A DNA stretch of 64,000 bases. Source: Candidatus Hadarchaeum sp. Lineage in GTDB: Archaea > Hadarchaeota > Hadarchaeia > Hadarchaeales > Hadarchaeaceae. A program made the position numbers and the translations under genes. The notes beneath the pieces were generated by a model, which saw nothing but the letters and a program-made list of their open reading frames with translations, was not told the DNA's origin and did not search any database. Below are positions 39,191 through 49,391 of this stretch, piece by piece (the first letter of the stretch is position 1; each line of letters starts with the position of its first letter). The stretch lies in contig NZ_JAVZIN010000003.1 of assembly GCF_038871235.1 (NCBI RefSeq), forward strand, positions 1 through 64,000, read 5' to 3'.

Positions 39191-39673
39191 TTGGAGCTAA
39201 AAATAGTGGAATTAGTTCCTCCTGAGGGCTGCAACGTGATTCTCTGTCAGTCGCACTTCATCAAGACGGTTGAGGATGTGCACGAGGCGCTGGTGACTTC
39301 TGTTCCGGGATTGAAATTTGGGTTGGCCTTTTGTGAATCAAGCGGGCCCTGTCTCGTCAGGCACAGCGGCACGGATTCGGGGCTCGAGGAATTTGCGGCA
39401 AAAAAAGCGCTCGAGATCGGAGCTGGTCACAGCCTACTGATTTTAATAAAAGGAGCCTATCCGATAAACGTTTTGAACAGAATTAAGGAGATAACTGAGA
39501 TCTGCAACATTTTCGCAGCCACCGCCAATCCGTTGCAGATTGTCTTAGCTGAGACCGAGCAGGGCCGCGGAATTTTAGGAGTGGTGGACGGCTTCAAGAG
39601 TCAGGGTATTGAAACAGAGAAAGACGTGGCTTGGCGAAAGGAGTTCCTGAGGAAGATAGGCTACAAGCTTTGA
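39191..39673 (+). CDS. DUF355 adenosine-specific kinase family
   Basis: QSHFIKTVED, FCESSG, YPINVLN, ATANP, RKIGYK. Confidence 0.9.
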   Translation: MELKIVELVPPEGCNVILCQSHFIKTVEDVHEALVTSVPGLKFGLAFCESSGPCLVRHSGTDSGLEEFAAKKALEIGAGHSLLILIKGAYPINVLNRIKEITEICNIFAATANPLQIVLAETEQGRGILGVVDGFKSQGIETEKDVAWRKEFLRKIGYKL

Positions 39674-39683
39674 TGGTTCCCGA

Positions 39684-40670
39684 TCAAATTAATTTTTGTT
39701 TTAGCTCTGAAACACCTTCGCCAGTAGTCGCCGTTATAAATAGGACATCTGGATGAACCTTCCGCATTTCCTCGATTTTCTCTTTATTTAGTAGGTCGGT
39801 TTTGTTGACGACCACGAAAACTTTAGTTTCAGGGAAAGATTTCCTCACATCTTCCAGAAGATTTAGCTGATCCTTCGACCGATAGCCACAGCTTTCGGAA
39901 GGGTCTAGGATGAACACAATGCTCTTGGCGAGGTGTTTCAAGGCCGATATGGCCTGTAGCTCAACTTTGTTCCGTTTTTCTAGAGGCCTATCCAACAATC
40001 CCGGTGTGTCAATGACTTGGTAGCGCTGGTGTCCGTGCTCAAAATATCCCAGTTGCAACCCCGTGGTGGTAAATGGATAGGGGGCGATCTTCGGAGCGGA
40101 TCCGGTCAGAGCCTTCAACAGCGTTGATTTGCCCACGTTGGGATAGCCCGCGATAACGATTGTTGGCAGGTCAAGGTAGACGTCGGGCAGATCTGAGAGC
40201 CTCTTGGCGGCCTCCTTCAAAAAAATCAGGTTACGATCTATTTTCTTTAGAACCGAGGAGATCCTACCATAGGCTTGCCGACGCACTGCAGCGGCTTCAG
40301 CGGGATTTTTGATCATCTTAAGCTTCCTCAGCTGTTCGCGTCTAATCTTGTCCACGACTTTGGCCGTACCGCCGATCGCACCCAGCGACTTTCTCAGCTC
40401 GTCAATGCCTTCGATGGCTTCGACGAGGTCGCGGTAAAAAGGCGGCAGGTCGGCCAAGGAGGGAAAGTCAACAACGATTTTCCTAAGGTATTCAGCTATC
40501 GTCGTCGTTGCTATCGTTATGCGCTGCCGTTCCCTCTGAATCGCCACCTCTCGCGGTGACCCCTCGACCCTAGCTGTACCCTCGGAGGCTCTTTTGAAAG
40601 CGGTGTCGATTAGTTCTCTAGCAGTTAATACATTTGGCAGCTTTCCCAAGGTTATCTTTTCCATAATCAT
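39684..40670 (-). CDS. NOG1-family GTPase
   Basis: GYPNVGKS, YPFTT, DTPGLLDRP, NKTD. Confidence 0.93.
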   Translation of the reverse strand: MIMEKITLGKLPNVLTARELIDTAFKRASEGTARVEGSPREVAIQRERQRITIATTTIAEYLRKIVVDFPSLADLPPFYRDLVEAIEGIDELRKSLGAIGGTAKVVDKIRREQLRKLKMIKNPAEAAAVRRQAYGRISSVLKKIDRNLIFLKEAAKRLSDLPDVYLDLPTIVIAGYPNVGKSTLLKALTGSAPKIAPYPFTTTGLQLGYFEHGHQRYQVIDTPGLLDRPLEKRNKVELQAISALKHLAKSIVFILDPSESCGYRSKDQLNLLEDVRKSFPETKVFVVVNKTDLLNKEKIEEMRKVHPDVLFITATTGEGVSELKQKLI

Positions 40671-40730
40671 CAAGATTAAGTACGGGTCGCGACTGTAATA
40701 ATACCATGTTTTAATTAAATCAAGCCCGGC

Positions 40731-41591
40731 TCAGCCTAGCAACCCAAACCACGTCAGCAGAAAAAGTACAATGAAGGTCAGCAATGAGAGCTGATTAGAC
40801 CTCCACCTTCCAGAGGCCAGTTCCTTAGCCTCCTTCATCACCAAGGAAATCTTTTGCAGCATCGGGTTGAATCCCGCCCTGATGATTGAGACGAAGAAGA
40901 ACATTGCGACGACGAGGAAGAAAATCGCCACCAATGGTGAAACCAGAAACAAAACGCTGGCGCTCGGTGACAAGTACGCCTCGACTGGAGCCGCCATGAT
41001 TATCAGGGTTAGCCCCAGAGCGACAAGGATGATATAGTCAACTAAATATTTCTTGGCAACTGCTTTTCCCCTCTTGGTGATCTTCCATGATCCCGCCGCC
41101 AGAACTTTGCCAAGGTAGCTCCAAAGCTTCCAGCCGAGCCGCAGCGAGGCCGCACCAACGATGAAAGCCCCGGTAAGTTCGAGAGTACCATGCAGAAAGA
41201 TGACGGCCATGAATGTAAGTAGCACAATTGGTCCGTGAAGGTGGTAGTTGTACACTAATGCGAGCCCTATTTGGTGACTCGTCATAAGGATGGAGGCAGT
41301 CCCGGTATAGATTGGAAAGGCAGTTACATAAATGCTGATGACTTTAAGGTTGTTTGTCCAGTAGAACTTTGTCCTTGACCATTCGTCCATTACCATGACG
41401 TTTTCCAGCAAGCTGTCGTACTTTTTAACCTCGGGTAAGTTGATGAATTGCTCGCGGTCGAAGGACAATAGGAAGTAGGCGGTGCTCATAAACATAATGG
41501 TCAGGAAAGATAGTGTTATGAAGCTGATGGCAGCGGAGTTTCTGCTTAGAGCACCGGTCAAAGCGCGTTTCGAATTGTTCATGAAACTCAA
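40731..41591 (-). CDS. SpoIIM-family membrane protein
   Basis: NNLKV, HGTLEL, AAPVEAYLSP; multi-TM. Confidence 0.75.
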   Translation of the reverse strand: MSFMNNSKRALTGALSRNSAAISFITLSFLTIMFMSTAYFLLSFDREQFINLPEVKKYDSLLENVMVMDEWSRTKFYWTNNLKVISIYVTAFPIYTGTASILMTSHQIGLALVYNYHLHGPIVLLTFMAVIFLHGTLELTGAFIVGAASLRLGWKLWSYLGKVLAAGSWKITKRGKAVAKKYLVDYIILVALGLTLIIMAAPVEAYLSPSASVLFLVSPLVAIFFLVVAMFFFVSIIRAGFNPMLQKISLVMKEAKELASGRWRSNQLSLLTFIVLFLLTWFGLLG

Positions 41592-41769
41592 AATTATTTC
41601 TTTTTGGGCATCTAATAGCTACATGGATCGGCATTGAGTTCGGGCATCAATAAAATTGGCGAACGTTTGCCCCACAGTAACGGTGGATTGTTGGTAAAAT
41701 TATGGAGATCGGCCTCGGCCTTAACATTCGGATTCAGCTACAAGACAATCGGAAAATTAAGCCTTAATT

Positions 41770-42717
41770 TTACTCTTTCACGTAGCGTTTCCAGGCAAAG
41801 CTTCTTTCAAATTCAAGCTCGCTTGGTAAATTTGCCCGCTTCAGTATTTCATTGGCCTCGTCCAAGCTTGTTGTTGGCACCAGCGCCTTCGCCACCTTGC
41901 TGATGTTTTCGAAGACAATCCTAGTGTCAAGATAAAAGGTGAGCGCGGACATTGGTGTTACCTGCACCTTACAACGCCCACCTCTTATTTCAACCTCCCC
42001 AGTAAGCCCTTTTGCGGCTTTGACGGCGAGCAGACTCGCCTCGGTCTTAGTTCGGGGAATTACCTCCTCGAGTATCTCGACGTCCTCAGGTGTCAGACAT
42101 CTGGCGCCGAGCAGACCTCCGTGTGCCGCGATTTTTGCCAATTGCCGGTTAAATTCGTCAAAGGTTAGTTCACCATCCATACAGCAGCCCAAGACGCCGA
42201 GAACTGTTGGCACCTCAAGGTTGGCCATTGCCGAGAGCATCATGCTGTCGGCGAGCATGCTGTGGAGGCCCTTCTCCCGACCATCGCCGAGGACATCGCC
42301 GCCGACATCGATGCCTACGAAGAGGTCAGCGTCAAGTTTCCGCATGGCCTCGTTAAGGCCTTCGATTACCCCTTTTACCCCTTGGTTCAGGTCGATAAGT
42401 AAAGTTCTCTCTTGGAGCACCTCGGCCACAACGGATTCGGTGAATCTTATTCCCTTAGTAGTTCGAGTTCTTTCGTTGGCCAGCCCCACCGTTGGTGAGA
42501 GCAGTTCGATGTCAACTATCTCCTCCATCTTTCTTGGCCCTGGCTCCGGGTCGTTGACATAGCGTTCCCAGGTAAGTCCGCCGAGGATGGTAGGTGTTCC
42601 CAGCCAGCGGAGGTAGCGCGAGGTGGGTATGGCTCCGATGATATCTCCGCCTCCCCCGATTCCAACCACCACGGCACGTCGGGAATTTTTGGCCAAGGAT
42701 TCAAATGATTTCTTCAT
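41770..42717 (-). CDS. DUF1152 protein
   Basis: GIGGGGD, WER..DP.PGP, DVGGD, LAD, DGEL. Confidence 0.85.
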   Translation of the reverse strand: MKKSFESLAKNSRRAVVVGIGGGGDIIGAIPTSRYLRWLGTPTILGGLTWERYVNDPEPGPRKMEEIVDIELLSPTVGLANERTRTTKGIRFTESVVAEVLQERTLLIDLNQGVKGVIEGLNEAMRKLDADLFVGIDVGGDVLGDGREKGLHSMLADSMMLSAMANLEVPTVLGVLGCCMDGELTFDEFNRQLAKIAAHGGLLGARCLTPEDVEILEEVIPRTKTEASLLAVKAAKGLTGEVEIRGGRCKVQVTPMSALTFYLDTRIVFENISKVAKALVPTTSLDEANEILKRANLPSELEFERSFAWKRYVKE

Positions 42718-42825
42718 ATATGCTCCTTACCAATTTGGCCTTTTCTGTATAAATCGGGTTTCGGTTTGTTTCAAGCTATAACGCTAACAATTTATCCTGC
42801 CCCAGTAAACCAGTTTCGGGAGACG

Positions 42826-44211
42826 ATGTCCGATATTTTGGCAACGGTGTTAAAAAGAGTCAAACCCACCTCATCCGAGGTAAAGTTCGTGGAGGAGGTG
42901 GCCTCTGAGATAATTCTTCGGTCAAACGAGGCTATCTCTAAATTGGGTTTTAATGCCAAGGCAATGCTCGTTGGCTCAGCGGCTAGGGGAACTTGGCTTC
43001 GTCAGGATCCGGACATCGATGTTTTCATTCTTTTTGATGAGACCATTACCCGCGAGGAGCTGGAGCAGAAGGGGATGGCGGTTGCGCGAGAGGTGGCCGG
43101 GCCAGCAGGTGAGGAAAAGTTTGCCGAACACCCCTACGTGACGATGAAGTTTCGCGGTCTCGATATAGACTTAGTTCCGTGTTTTGATGTTACTGACCCC
43201 AAGAGAATTAAGAGCGCAGTGGACCGTTCCCCGCATCACCAGCGTTACGTCAAGAGCAAACTTACGCCTCAGCTGGTCGAGGAAGTGCTGCTGCTCAAGC
43301 AGTTCGCCTCAGGGACAGGGGTCTATGGAGCCGAGCTGAAGAAGCAGGGTTTTTCAGGCTATCTCTGCGAGCTCTTAATTCTGCACTACGGCTCCTTCAG
43401 AAAGCTGGTTGAGGAGGCGAGCAAGTGGATGCCGGGCGAGGTAATAGATACCTTATCCTATTATCCCGATAAGTCCGAACCGAAACTGATTTTCGAGAAT
43501 CAGCCCCTTGTGGTGATAGATCCGGTTGATCCCAGTCGCAACGCCGCCGCAGCGGTCTCTCTGCAGAACTTTTCCACGTTCGTGCGGGCTTGTCAGGATT
43601 TCCTAGATAATCCCACCCTGAGATTCTTCTTTCCCAAACGAGTAAGATTGTTGAAGCCTGTAGATCTGGACAGGATCCTAAAAAGGCGCGGAACAAGGCT
43701 TTTCTGCATTGTGTTTCGCTCACCCAAAGTAGTACCGGATGTTCTCTATCCTCAGCTCCGCAGGACGGAGAAGGCCATCGTGACCCGGCTGGTCCAAGAG
43801 GGTTTTGAAGTGCTGCGAAGCGATGTCTGGGCAAATGGTAACTCTGCAATTCTGATCGAGCTAAGTGTTTCAAAGCTACCTAGCGTCAAAACTCGCGTTG
43901 GACCTCCACCAAACATTTCGGCCAAGAATTTCATACAAGAACACCTCAGCTCAGGAAAGTGTTTGGCCGGGCCGATGGTTGACGCAGCCGGCAGAGTTGT
44001 TTTTGAGGTTAAAAGGGAATGGACGGACGCCTTGTCACTCCTTAAAGAGATAATGGCGCGGCGTATTTCTTTTGGGAAGAATGTTTCGGAATCAGTTTCC
44101 CAAGGCTATCGCATTCTTGAGAGTGATGGGCTGAAGAAACTTCTTAAGGAAAGCGGATTTAGAGAGTTTCTTTCTGAATATTTAAATCGGAAATTACCAT
44201 GGTATAGGTAA
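42826..44211 (+). CDS. cca: Archaeal class I CCA-adding enzyme
   Basis: VGSAARGTW, DIDVF, AEHPY, SAVDR.P.H, GFSGYLCELL, DPVD..RN.AAA. Confidence 0.96.
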   Translation: MSDILATVLKRVKPTSSEVKFVEEVASEIILRSNEAISKLGFNAKAMLVGSAARGTWLRQDPDIDVFILFDETITREELEQKGMAVAREVAGPAGEEKFAEHPYVTMKFRGLDIDLVPCFDVTDPKRIKSAVDRSPHHQRYVKSKLTPQLVEEVLLLKQFASGTGVYGAELKKQGFSGYLCELLILHYGSFRKLVEEASKWMPGEVIDTLSYYPDKSEPKLIFENQPLVVIDPVDPSRNAAAAVSLQNFSTFVRACQDFLDNPTLRFFFPKRVRLLKPVDLDRILKRRGTRLFCIVFRSPKVVPDVLYPQLRRTEKAIVTRLVQEGFEVLRSDVWANGNSAILIELSVSKLPSVKTRVGPPPNISAKNFIQEHLSSGKCLAGPMVDAAGRVVFEVKREWTDALSLLKEIMARRISFGKNVSESVSQGYRILESDGLKKLLKESGFREFLSEYLNRKLPWYR

Positions 44212-44371
44212 AAATAGCGTCACTTGCCATTAAGGCTAGAAGGCGGAGTTTAGTCGATATTACATGGGTTGTCTCTAGTAAACCAGAGTTCAAGAACGTG
44301 AACTTCACATGAGAATGAGTGATGCGATGAATTTGGATTTTACGGCTGGATTGGTCGAGGGTTGACGTTAA

Positions 44372-44932
44372 TCAATCCTCCAGTTCTATCCTCGCTAAAG
44401 TGTTGTAGATGGGCCCCTTTGGAGTTAGGGTGCTTCCCTTCAGTTCCACAGCTAGGACACGGGTGTTGCCAAAGTCGATGGATTCATTTTCTTTGATGAA
44501 CTTAGCCAGCCTTTCTTTATTTTTTGCTGACTTCACTCTAGCAATGGTCAGATGCGGGACAAAGTCGCCCTCCGGTCGGAATCCGATTTGTTGCAGTTCC
44601 TTCTCTATTTTTTTCTGGAGAGCCATGATTTCCTCTCCTCCTTTTTCCACACCGGCCCAGATAACTCTGACATAGTTTAGGTTCGGAAAGACCCCAATTT
44701 TTTTGATTTCCATGTTAAACTTCTTCATTCCGGCAATGGCTTTTTTGATGGCTCCGGTGATCTCCTCAACTTTTTTGTTTGGAATTTCTCCCAAAAATTT
44801 GAGCGTCACGTGGATGTTTTGGGGCTCAACCAGCTTGAAATCGCCCCCTGTTCCCCTGAGCTGGTTCTGGACCTCGGCCAGCTTCTGTCTGAGCGGTTCG
44901 TCGATGTCAATGGCTATGAAGGCACGCGGCAT
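44372..44932 (-). CDS. thpR: RNA 2',3'-cyclic phosphodiesterase (2H family)
   Basis: RAFIAID, HVTLKFLG, RVIWAG, PHLTIAR, GPIY. Confidence 0.95.
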   Translation of the reverse strand: MPRAFIAIDIDEPLRQKLAEVQNQLRGTGGDFKLVEPQNIHVTLKFLGEIPNKKVEEITGAIKKAIAGMKKFNMEIKKIGVFPNLNYVRVIWAGVEKGGEEIMALQKKIEKELQQIGFRPEGDFVPHLTIARVKSAKNKERLAKFIKENESIDFGNTRVLAVELKGSTLTPKGPIYNTLARIELED

Positions 44933-45233
44933 GTTTTCAACCTGTAATTTTGCCCCAATACAAGGGCCACCACCGGATTAAAATAACTGATTGAAAATCC
45001 GCCATTACCTTAGTTAATAAGAAAAAGGGCTGGTATTCTTCTGAAAAAGGAAAACAAATGGGAACTTAGATCATTTTTTAAATGATGGATGAGATCGAGT
45101 TGAAAATCGAGCCCTAAAATCTGTTCAGGAGATGGCTGAGAATATAGATGCCATGCTTAATCTCTCCGTGCGCAAGATCAGCGGGGCCATTTTTCCAACG
45201 GTTTATTTACTCTCAACTCTAGGATGAAATGGT

Positions 45234-45884
45234 ATGAAAGCCGTCTGTCTAATTTCGGGTGGCCCGGACAGCGCCGTGGCAGCCGCTTTGGCGAAAAGGG
45301 AAGGATACGAGTTATACTGTTTGTCATTCAATTACGGTCAGCTCGCTTCCAAAGAACTGGAAAGCGCCAAAAAAATTGCCCAATCCCTAGGAGCTAAGGA
45401 GCACCGCGTGGTGGACATTTCATTTCTCAGGGATCTCTATGGCTCGGGTGTAACCGCCTTAACGGACAGCAGCATGCGCATGCCGGAGCAATTTGAGCCG
45501 AGTATAATTGTACCATTTAGGAATGGTGTGATGCTGTCGATTGCAGCCGCATATGCGTCCTCAGTGGGCGCCGAGGCCATCTTTTATGGGCCTCAGCTCG
45601 ACGACGCCAAGTATTACCCCGATTGTAGAAAGGAATTCGTCTCTGCCATCTCACGTGCCATATCACTTGGTACTGACTCGAGACTTCAGGTGAAAAATCC
45701 ACTGGCCGATATGAGTAAAGCGGAGGTGCTCAAGCTAGCAGTTGAACTCGGGGTTCCTTTAGAGCAGACTTGGAGTTGCTATTGTAGTGGAGAAATTCAC
45801 TGTGGTCGTTGCGAGTCCTGCAGAAATAGAAAAAATGCATTCAGAGTGGCTGGAATAAGCGATCCCACGATATATTTAGAGTAA
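45234..45884 (+). CDS. queC: 7-cyano-7-deazaguanine synthase
   Basis: SGGPDS, VPFRN, YPDCR, TWSCY, HCGRCESC. Confidence 0.93.
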   Translation: MKAVCLISGGPDSAVAAALAKREGYELYCLSFNYGQLASKELESAKKIAQSLGAKEHRVVDISFLRDLYGSGVTALTDSSMRMPEQFEPSIIVPFRNGVMLSIAAAYASSVGAEAIFYGPQLDDAKYYPDCRKEFVSAISRAISLGTDSRLQVKNPLADMSKAEVLKLAVELGVPLEQTWSCYCSGEIHCGRCESCRNRKNAFRVAGISDPTIYLE

Positions 45885-45891
45885 GTTTGTG

Positions 45892-46323
45892 CTATTCTTT
45901 AAATTTCCAGAGAGCCAGCCCAGTGGTCTGGTCATGCTCCCGCTCGAGCGTATCTCCGATCAGCTCTAAAAGGTGGATCTCGGCCGCGAAGACAGTTGCG
46001 CTGACGAGGTGGCCAGCATAGGTCCTACCCTTGGCATCGGAAAGGACAGCGTGGAGATGTGCGAATGGTTGACCATCCTTTAAAGAGATGTTACCAAAAG
46101 CGTTGGCGATTTCCAGCGGCCGCTTTAACATGATTTTTTTATACTCATGCTTTTTGGGATGGTAATAACCCAGTGTTGCGTCGTCAACCGCTCCGATAAC
46201 GGAGAAAATGGCCATTTTTATTTCTTTTTCCCTGACGAATTCCAATATTGATTTCATAAGTTCGGAGTGGTATTCGGCTCGACACAGAAATGTCCTACCT
46301 ACTTGATATCGTGATGATTTCAT
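45892..46323 (-). CDS. PPC/DUF296 domain protein
   Basis: IGAV, EI...GNIS, HLHAVLSD, GHL, FAAE. Confidence 0.9.
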   Translation of the reverse strand: MKSSRYQVGRTFLCRAEYHSELMKSILEFVREKEIKMAIFSVIGAVDDATLGYYHPKKHEYKKIMLKRPLEIANAFGNISLKDGQPFAHLHAVLSDAKGRTYAGHLVSATVFAAEIHLLELIGDTLEREHDQTTGLALWKFKE

Positions 46324-46415
46324 TCCTCTGCCCCTATAACAATACTCTAGTCAGTTTAAGATATCTCCTGAGGCCAGGTGTTTTAATTAACTGGATAGAA
46401 TCTTTTTGGGTGAAA

Positions 46416-47639
46416 ATGGTTACAACCGCAGTCATCTCGGCCTCAGGGCTTCAGGCGGTGAGGGAGTCAGCGAAGGCGATAATGGAAGGAAAGAACGTGG
46501 TGCTTTTGGGGGGCGGACTATCCCTAACTGAAGAATTAAATTTAAAGTCAGCCGCAGCAGAAAGTGGTCTCTTATTTCTTGGTCCAGCCTGTGGTTCCAC
46601 GATTTTAGATGGACATGGTTATGGCATCTGGAATAAGGTACGGAATGGTCCGGTCGGAATAATCGGCACGTTTGGTAGCGGTATCCAGCAGGTGGCCTGT
46701 TTGGTTGAGGAAGTCGGGGTTTCTCAAGCGCTTGACGTGGGCTTTCGGGATTTGTCCCAGCGTATCAATGCTCTAGGCACATTATCGGCCTTAAAATTTC
46801 TGAAAAATGACCCCAACACTGAAGTCATTGTCTTAGTTTCCCGTGAGCCCGTTACCAGCGTGCAAAGGCGCGTGGTTGAAGCAGCTTTGGAGACGGGAAA
46901 GCCCACCGTCTTTTGTTTTTTAGGCGGTAAAATTCTCCGGCCTCGACCCAAGCTGGTTTTTACAACCACACTGGAAGAGGCCGCTTGGCAGACTTTGAGC
47001 TTAGTTGGTGGTGGTAGGCCAAGCGATACTTTTCCCAAAATATCAGAAAAATACAAAAAAATTGCTGAAGCCGAATACAGCAGATTTGGCTACGGGCAAA
47101 AGTTCATCAGGGGCCTTTATGCGGGTGGAGCACTTTGTACCGAGGCCATGGTGATTATTCGGAAATACTTTAACGCCGTGTATTCCAACATTCCGCTCGA
47201 ACCCAAACTCAAGCTTCCCGATCCCTATTCAAGTAAGGGGCACGCTTTTGTAGATTTTGGGGCCGAATCTCTTTCACAAGGACGTCATCCTGCAGTGGAC
47301 CTTGCCCCTCGTCTGGAGAGGCTTTTGAAGGAGGCGAAAGATTGGGAAACTGCTGTGGTCCTGTTCGATGTTTTACTTGGATATGGGGCGCACCCCAACC
47401 CAGCAGCTGAACTCGCAGCATCGGTTAGAGAGGCAAAAAGGATAGTGGAGGAGTCTGGTGGCTACCTCAGCACTTTGGCTTCAGTAATAGGTACTGGGGA
47501 GGACCCCCAGGGACTCCAGAACCAAGTGAAGCAACTTGAGCAGGCAGGGGTCTTGGTGGTGAACTCCAACGCTCAGGCTACAAAGATGGCCGCCTTGATT
47601 GCTTCTCAAGGTAAATTGTGGAAAAACTTGGCCGGTTGA
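46416..47639 (+). CDS. Divergent FdrA-like acyl-CoA synthetase homologue
   Basis: GPACG, DPNTEVIVLVS, IRGLYAGGALCTEA, DVLLGYGAHPNPA, GTGEDPQ. Start placed at ATG 46416. Confidence 0.8.
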   Translation: MVTTAVISASGLQAVRESAKAIMEGKNVVLLGGGLSLTEELNLKSAAAESGLLFLGPACGSTILDGHGYGIWNKVRNGPVGIIGTFGSGIQQVACLVEEVGVSQALDVGFRDLSQRINALGTLSALKFLKNDPNTEVIVLVSREPVTSVQRRVVEAALETGKPTVFCFLGGKILRPRPKLVFTTTLEEAAWQTLSLVGGGRPSDTFPKISEKYKKIAEAEYSRFGYGQKFIRGLYAGGALCTEAMVIIRKYFNAVYSNIPLEPKLKLPDPYSSKGHAFVDFGAESLSQGRHPAVDLAPRLERLLKEAKDWETAVVLFDVLLGYGAHPNPAAELAASVREAKRIVEESGGYLSTLASVIGTGEDPQGLQNQVKQLEQAGVLVVNSNAQATKMAALIASQGKLWKNLAG

Positions 47640-47640
47640 T

Positions 47641-48222
47641 TTAGGTCAGAAGAAAGGCAGCTTTGATTCCGGAAATGATTAGTTCTATGGCAAAGGCGGT
47701 CAGCAAAAGTCCCGTGACTCTTGAGATAATATCGGTTCCGGAAGTTCCGATGGCGCGGCTGATATGGCCGGAAAGCCACATTATTACCCAACTTGCTGCC
47801 AGCGAGATCAGCGCGGATATTGAGGTTATCAGATAACCATGCTGCTGTACGAAGATCATGGTGGTCACGATCACACCGGGTCCGGTAAGCATCGGTGTCG
47901 CCAGCAAGGTGATGGCTGGGGGAGTCTCGCTTTTTCCGCTGATCGACAGTGACAGCATCAGCTCGATACCTAGGATAGTTAGGACCAGTCCTCCGGCGAT
48001 GCTCAGGGAGGCAAAATCTATCATGAAAACATCAAGGAGGAACTGACCGAAAAAGAGAAAGGCAAAGAGAACAGCACCAGCTGTGAGTATCGCCTGCGTA
48101 GCAGCGGATACCTTTTGTTTTGGGTTCATGTATTTTGTCACTGAGAGAAATATTGGGATGCTGGAAAAAGGCCCCATAATGACAAAAAAGGTAAGTGCTG
48201 ATTTTATAATCTCGTCTATCAT
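47641..48222 (-). CDS. MarC-family membrane protein
   Basis: FFVIMGP, IAGG, PMLTGPG, SRVTGLLL.A.AIE. Confidence 0.9.
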   Translation of the reverse strand: MIDEIIKSALTFFVIMGPFSSIPIFLSVTKYMNPKQKVSAATQAILTAGAVLFAFLFFGQFLLDVFMIDFASLSIAGGLVLTILGIELMLSLSISGKSETPPAITLLATPMLTGPGVIVTTMIFVQQHGYLITSISALISLAASWVIMWLSGHISRAIGTSGTDIISRVTGLLLTAFAIELIISGIKAAFLLT

Positions 48223-48562
48223 GCAATCACCTATAAGTTGACCTAGATGGTTAAAATAATGTGGGGAAATACAAACTTTTCATTATCTCTGGACAACTGC
48301 GCTGAAACGGCAAGCCATGTTACTGTAGCAGGTCAATAGAAACTTCTCATCCCACTATTTGGGCTCTTTCAGCTGACTCAGTAGCTGGATCACCACTGGG
48401 CTTGGGCCGGTGTTTATTTTCAGCCAAATTAAAATCAAATTTAAGGGACAGACATTTCAATAAACTGTTCTGCCTTGAAAAAGCGTTTGGATAAGTTTTT
48501 GGTTCAAACCATGACATGAGTTCCACAGGTTATTTCCTTTTTTAAAAATATGGCTCAATTGT

Positions 48563-48814
48563 TTGACGGGCGACTTGGAGCTATGTTTAATTTTAATCGC
48601 CGTTGCTTGGCATGCAGGTTTAGTCGCTCTCGAGAGACATCTCGATCGTAACGGAACCACCCCTTCGGTTCTTAGGTTGCTTTTCACAGCTGAGATGGAG
48701 CTGCTTCGGTCGCTCAGGGCGGAGCTAAAAAGGCTGTCCGCCAAAGACGCAAACGCGGCAATGGAACTTTTTCAGGTGGAGCAGAGGCTGAGGGAGCTGG
48801 GTGAATATGGTTAG
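48563..48814 (+). CDS. Hypothetical protein (N-terminal TM, helical)
   Basis: First of several overlapping ORFs leading into the secretion ATPase. Confidence 0.45.
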   Translation: MTGDLELCLILIAVAWHAGLVALERHLDRNGTTPSVLRLLFTAEMELLRSLRAELKRLSAKDANAAMELFQVEQRLRELGEYG

Positions 48815-49391
48815 GAAACTCAGAGTTGAGTCCATTTTGACGGCTCTGGATGAAATCGTTGAATTGAATCCGGGTGACCTCGGAAAAGGTTCAAGACTCT
48901 TGCGAAGTCTGGACTGGTATTTGGAACAGCTGCTAGAGGCGGCGAGGATTGACGAGGAGCGCCGAAAGGGTCTATTTAGAATGGTGACGTTAGTGAGGTC
49001 GTCATCGGCAAAGCTCTTTCAGTCACTGGGCAACGCCAAGCAGAGTGGGCAACTACGTGGTGACTGGCTTCGCTTTGCCCAGCATGATTTTTTGAAGCTT
49101 AAAGAGGACCTCATTGCGCTTAGGGAGCATTTAGTTGAAAATGTCGACTTTTTTAGGCTGGCCTGTTTGCGGGACCAAATCGGCGAACTGGCAAGTACTA
49201 GACCTGAGAAGCTTTTCGAGGAGCTTCACGAGGCTGGCGTAATAAGCGAGCGTACTTGGGTTCTGCTTATGTCCTGCCCGGTTTCTTGGAGGGAGATGCT
49301 TGGGGATGGTGAGATTTCAAAGCAGATTTCAAAGCTTTCCGCTTGGCTTCTCGAACTTCAAGAGATAAGAAAAAGGCAAAGAACAGCTTAA
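48801..49391 (+). CDS. Hypothetical helical protein
   Basis: 196-aa Leu/Glu/Arg-rich ORF in the operon; true start may be ATG 48807. Confidence 0.6.
   Translation: MNMVRKLRVESILTALDEIVELNPGDLGKGSRLLRSLDWYLEQLLEAARIDEERRKGLFRMVTLVRSSSAKLFQSLGNAKQSGQLRGDWLRFAQHDFLKLKEDLIALREHLVENVDFFRLACLRDQIGELASTRPEKLFEELHEAGVISERTWVLLMSCPVSWREMLGDGEISKQISKLSAWLLELQEIRKRQRTA

Noticed and set aside
41592-41769. Several short hairpins between the spoIIM-like and DUF1152 genes
   Set aside because: Stems of 5-7 bp with wobbles cannot be told from chance by eye.
32584-44932. rtcA, thpR and cca as a novel RNA-repair system
   Set aside because: Ordinary archaeal housekeeping genes, not one operon; cca-thpR adjacency is common.
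44933-45233. Possible pseudogene remnant (MAENIDAMLNLSVR...)
   Set aside because: Too short and interrupted to assign to a family.
48223-48562. ncRNA or riboswitch upstream of marC
   Set aside because: Only two small hairpins and no recognisable riboswitch or C/D-box pattern.
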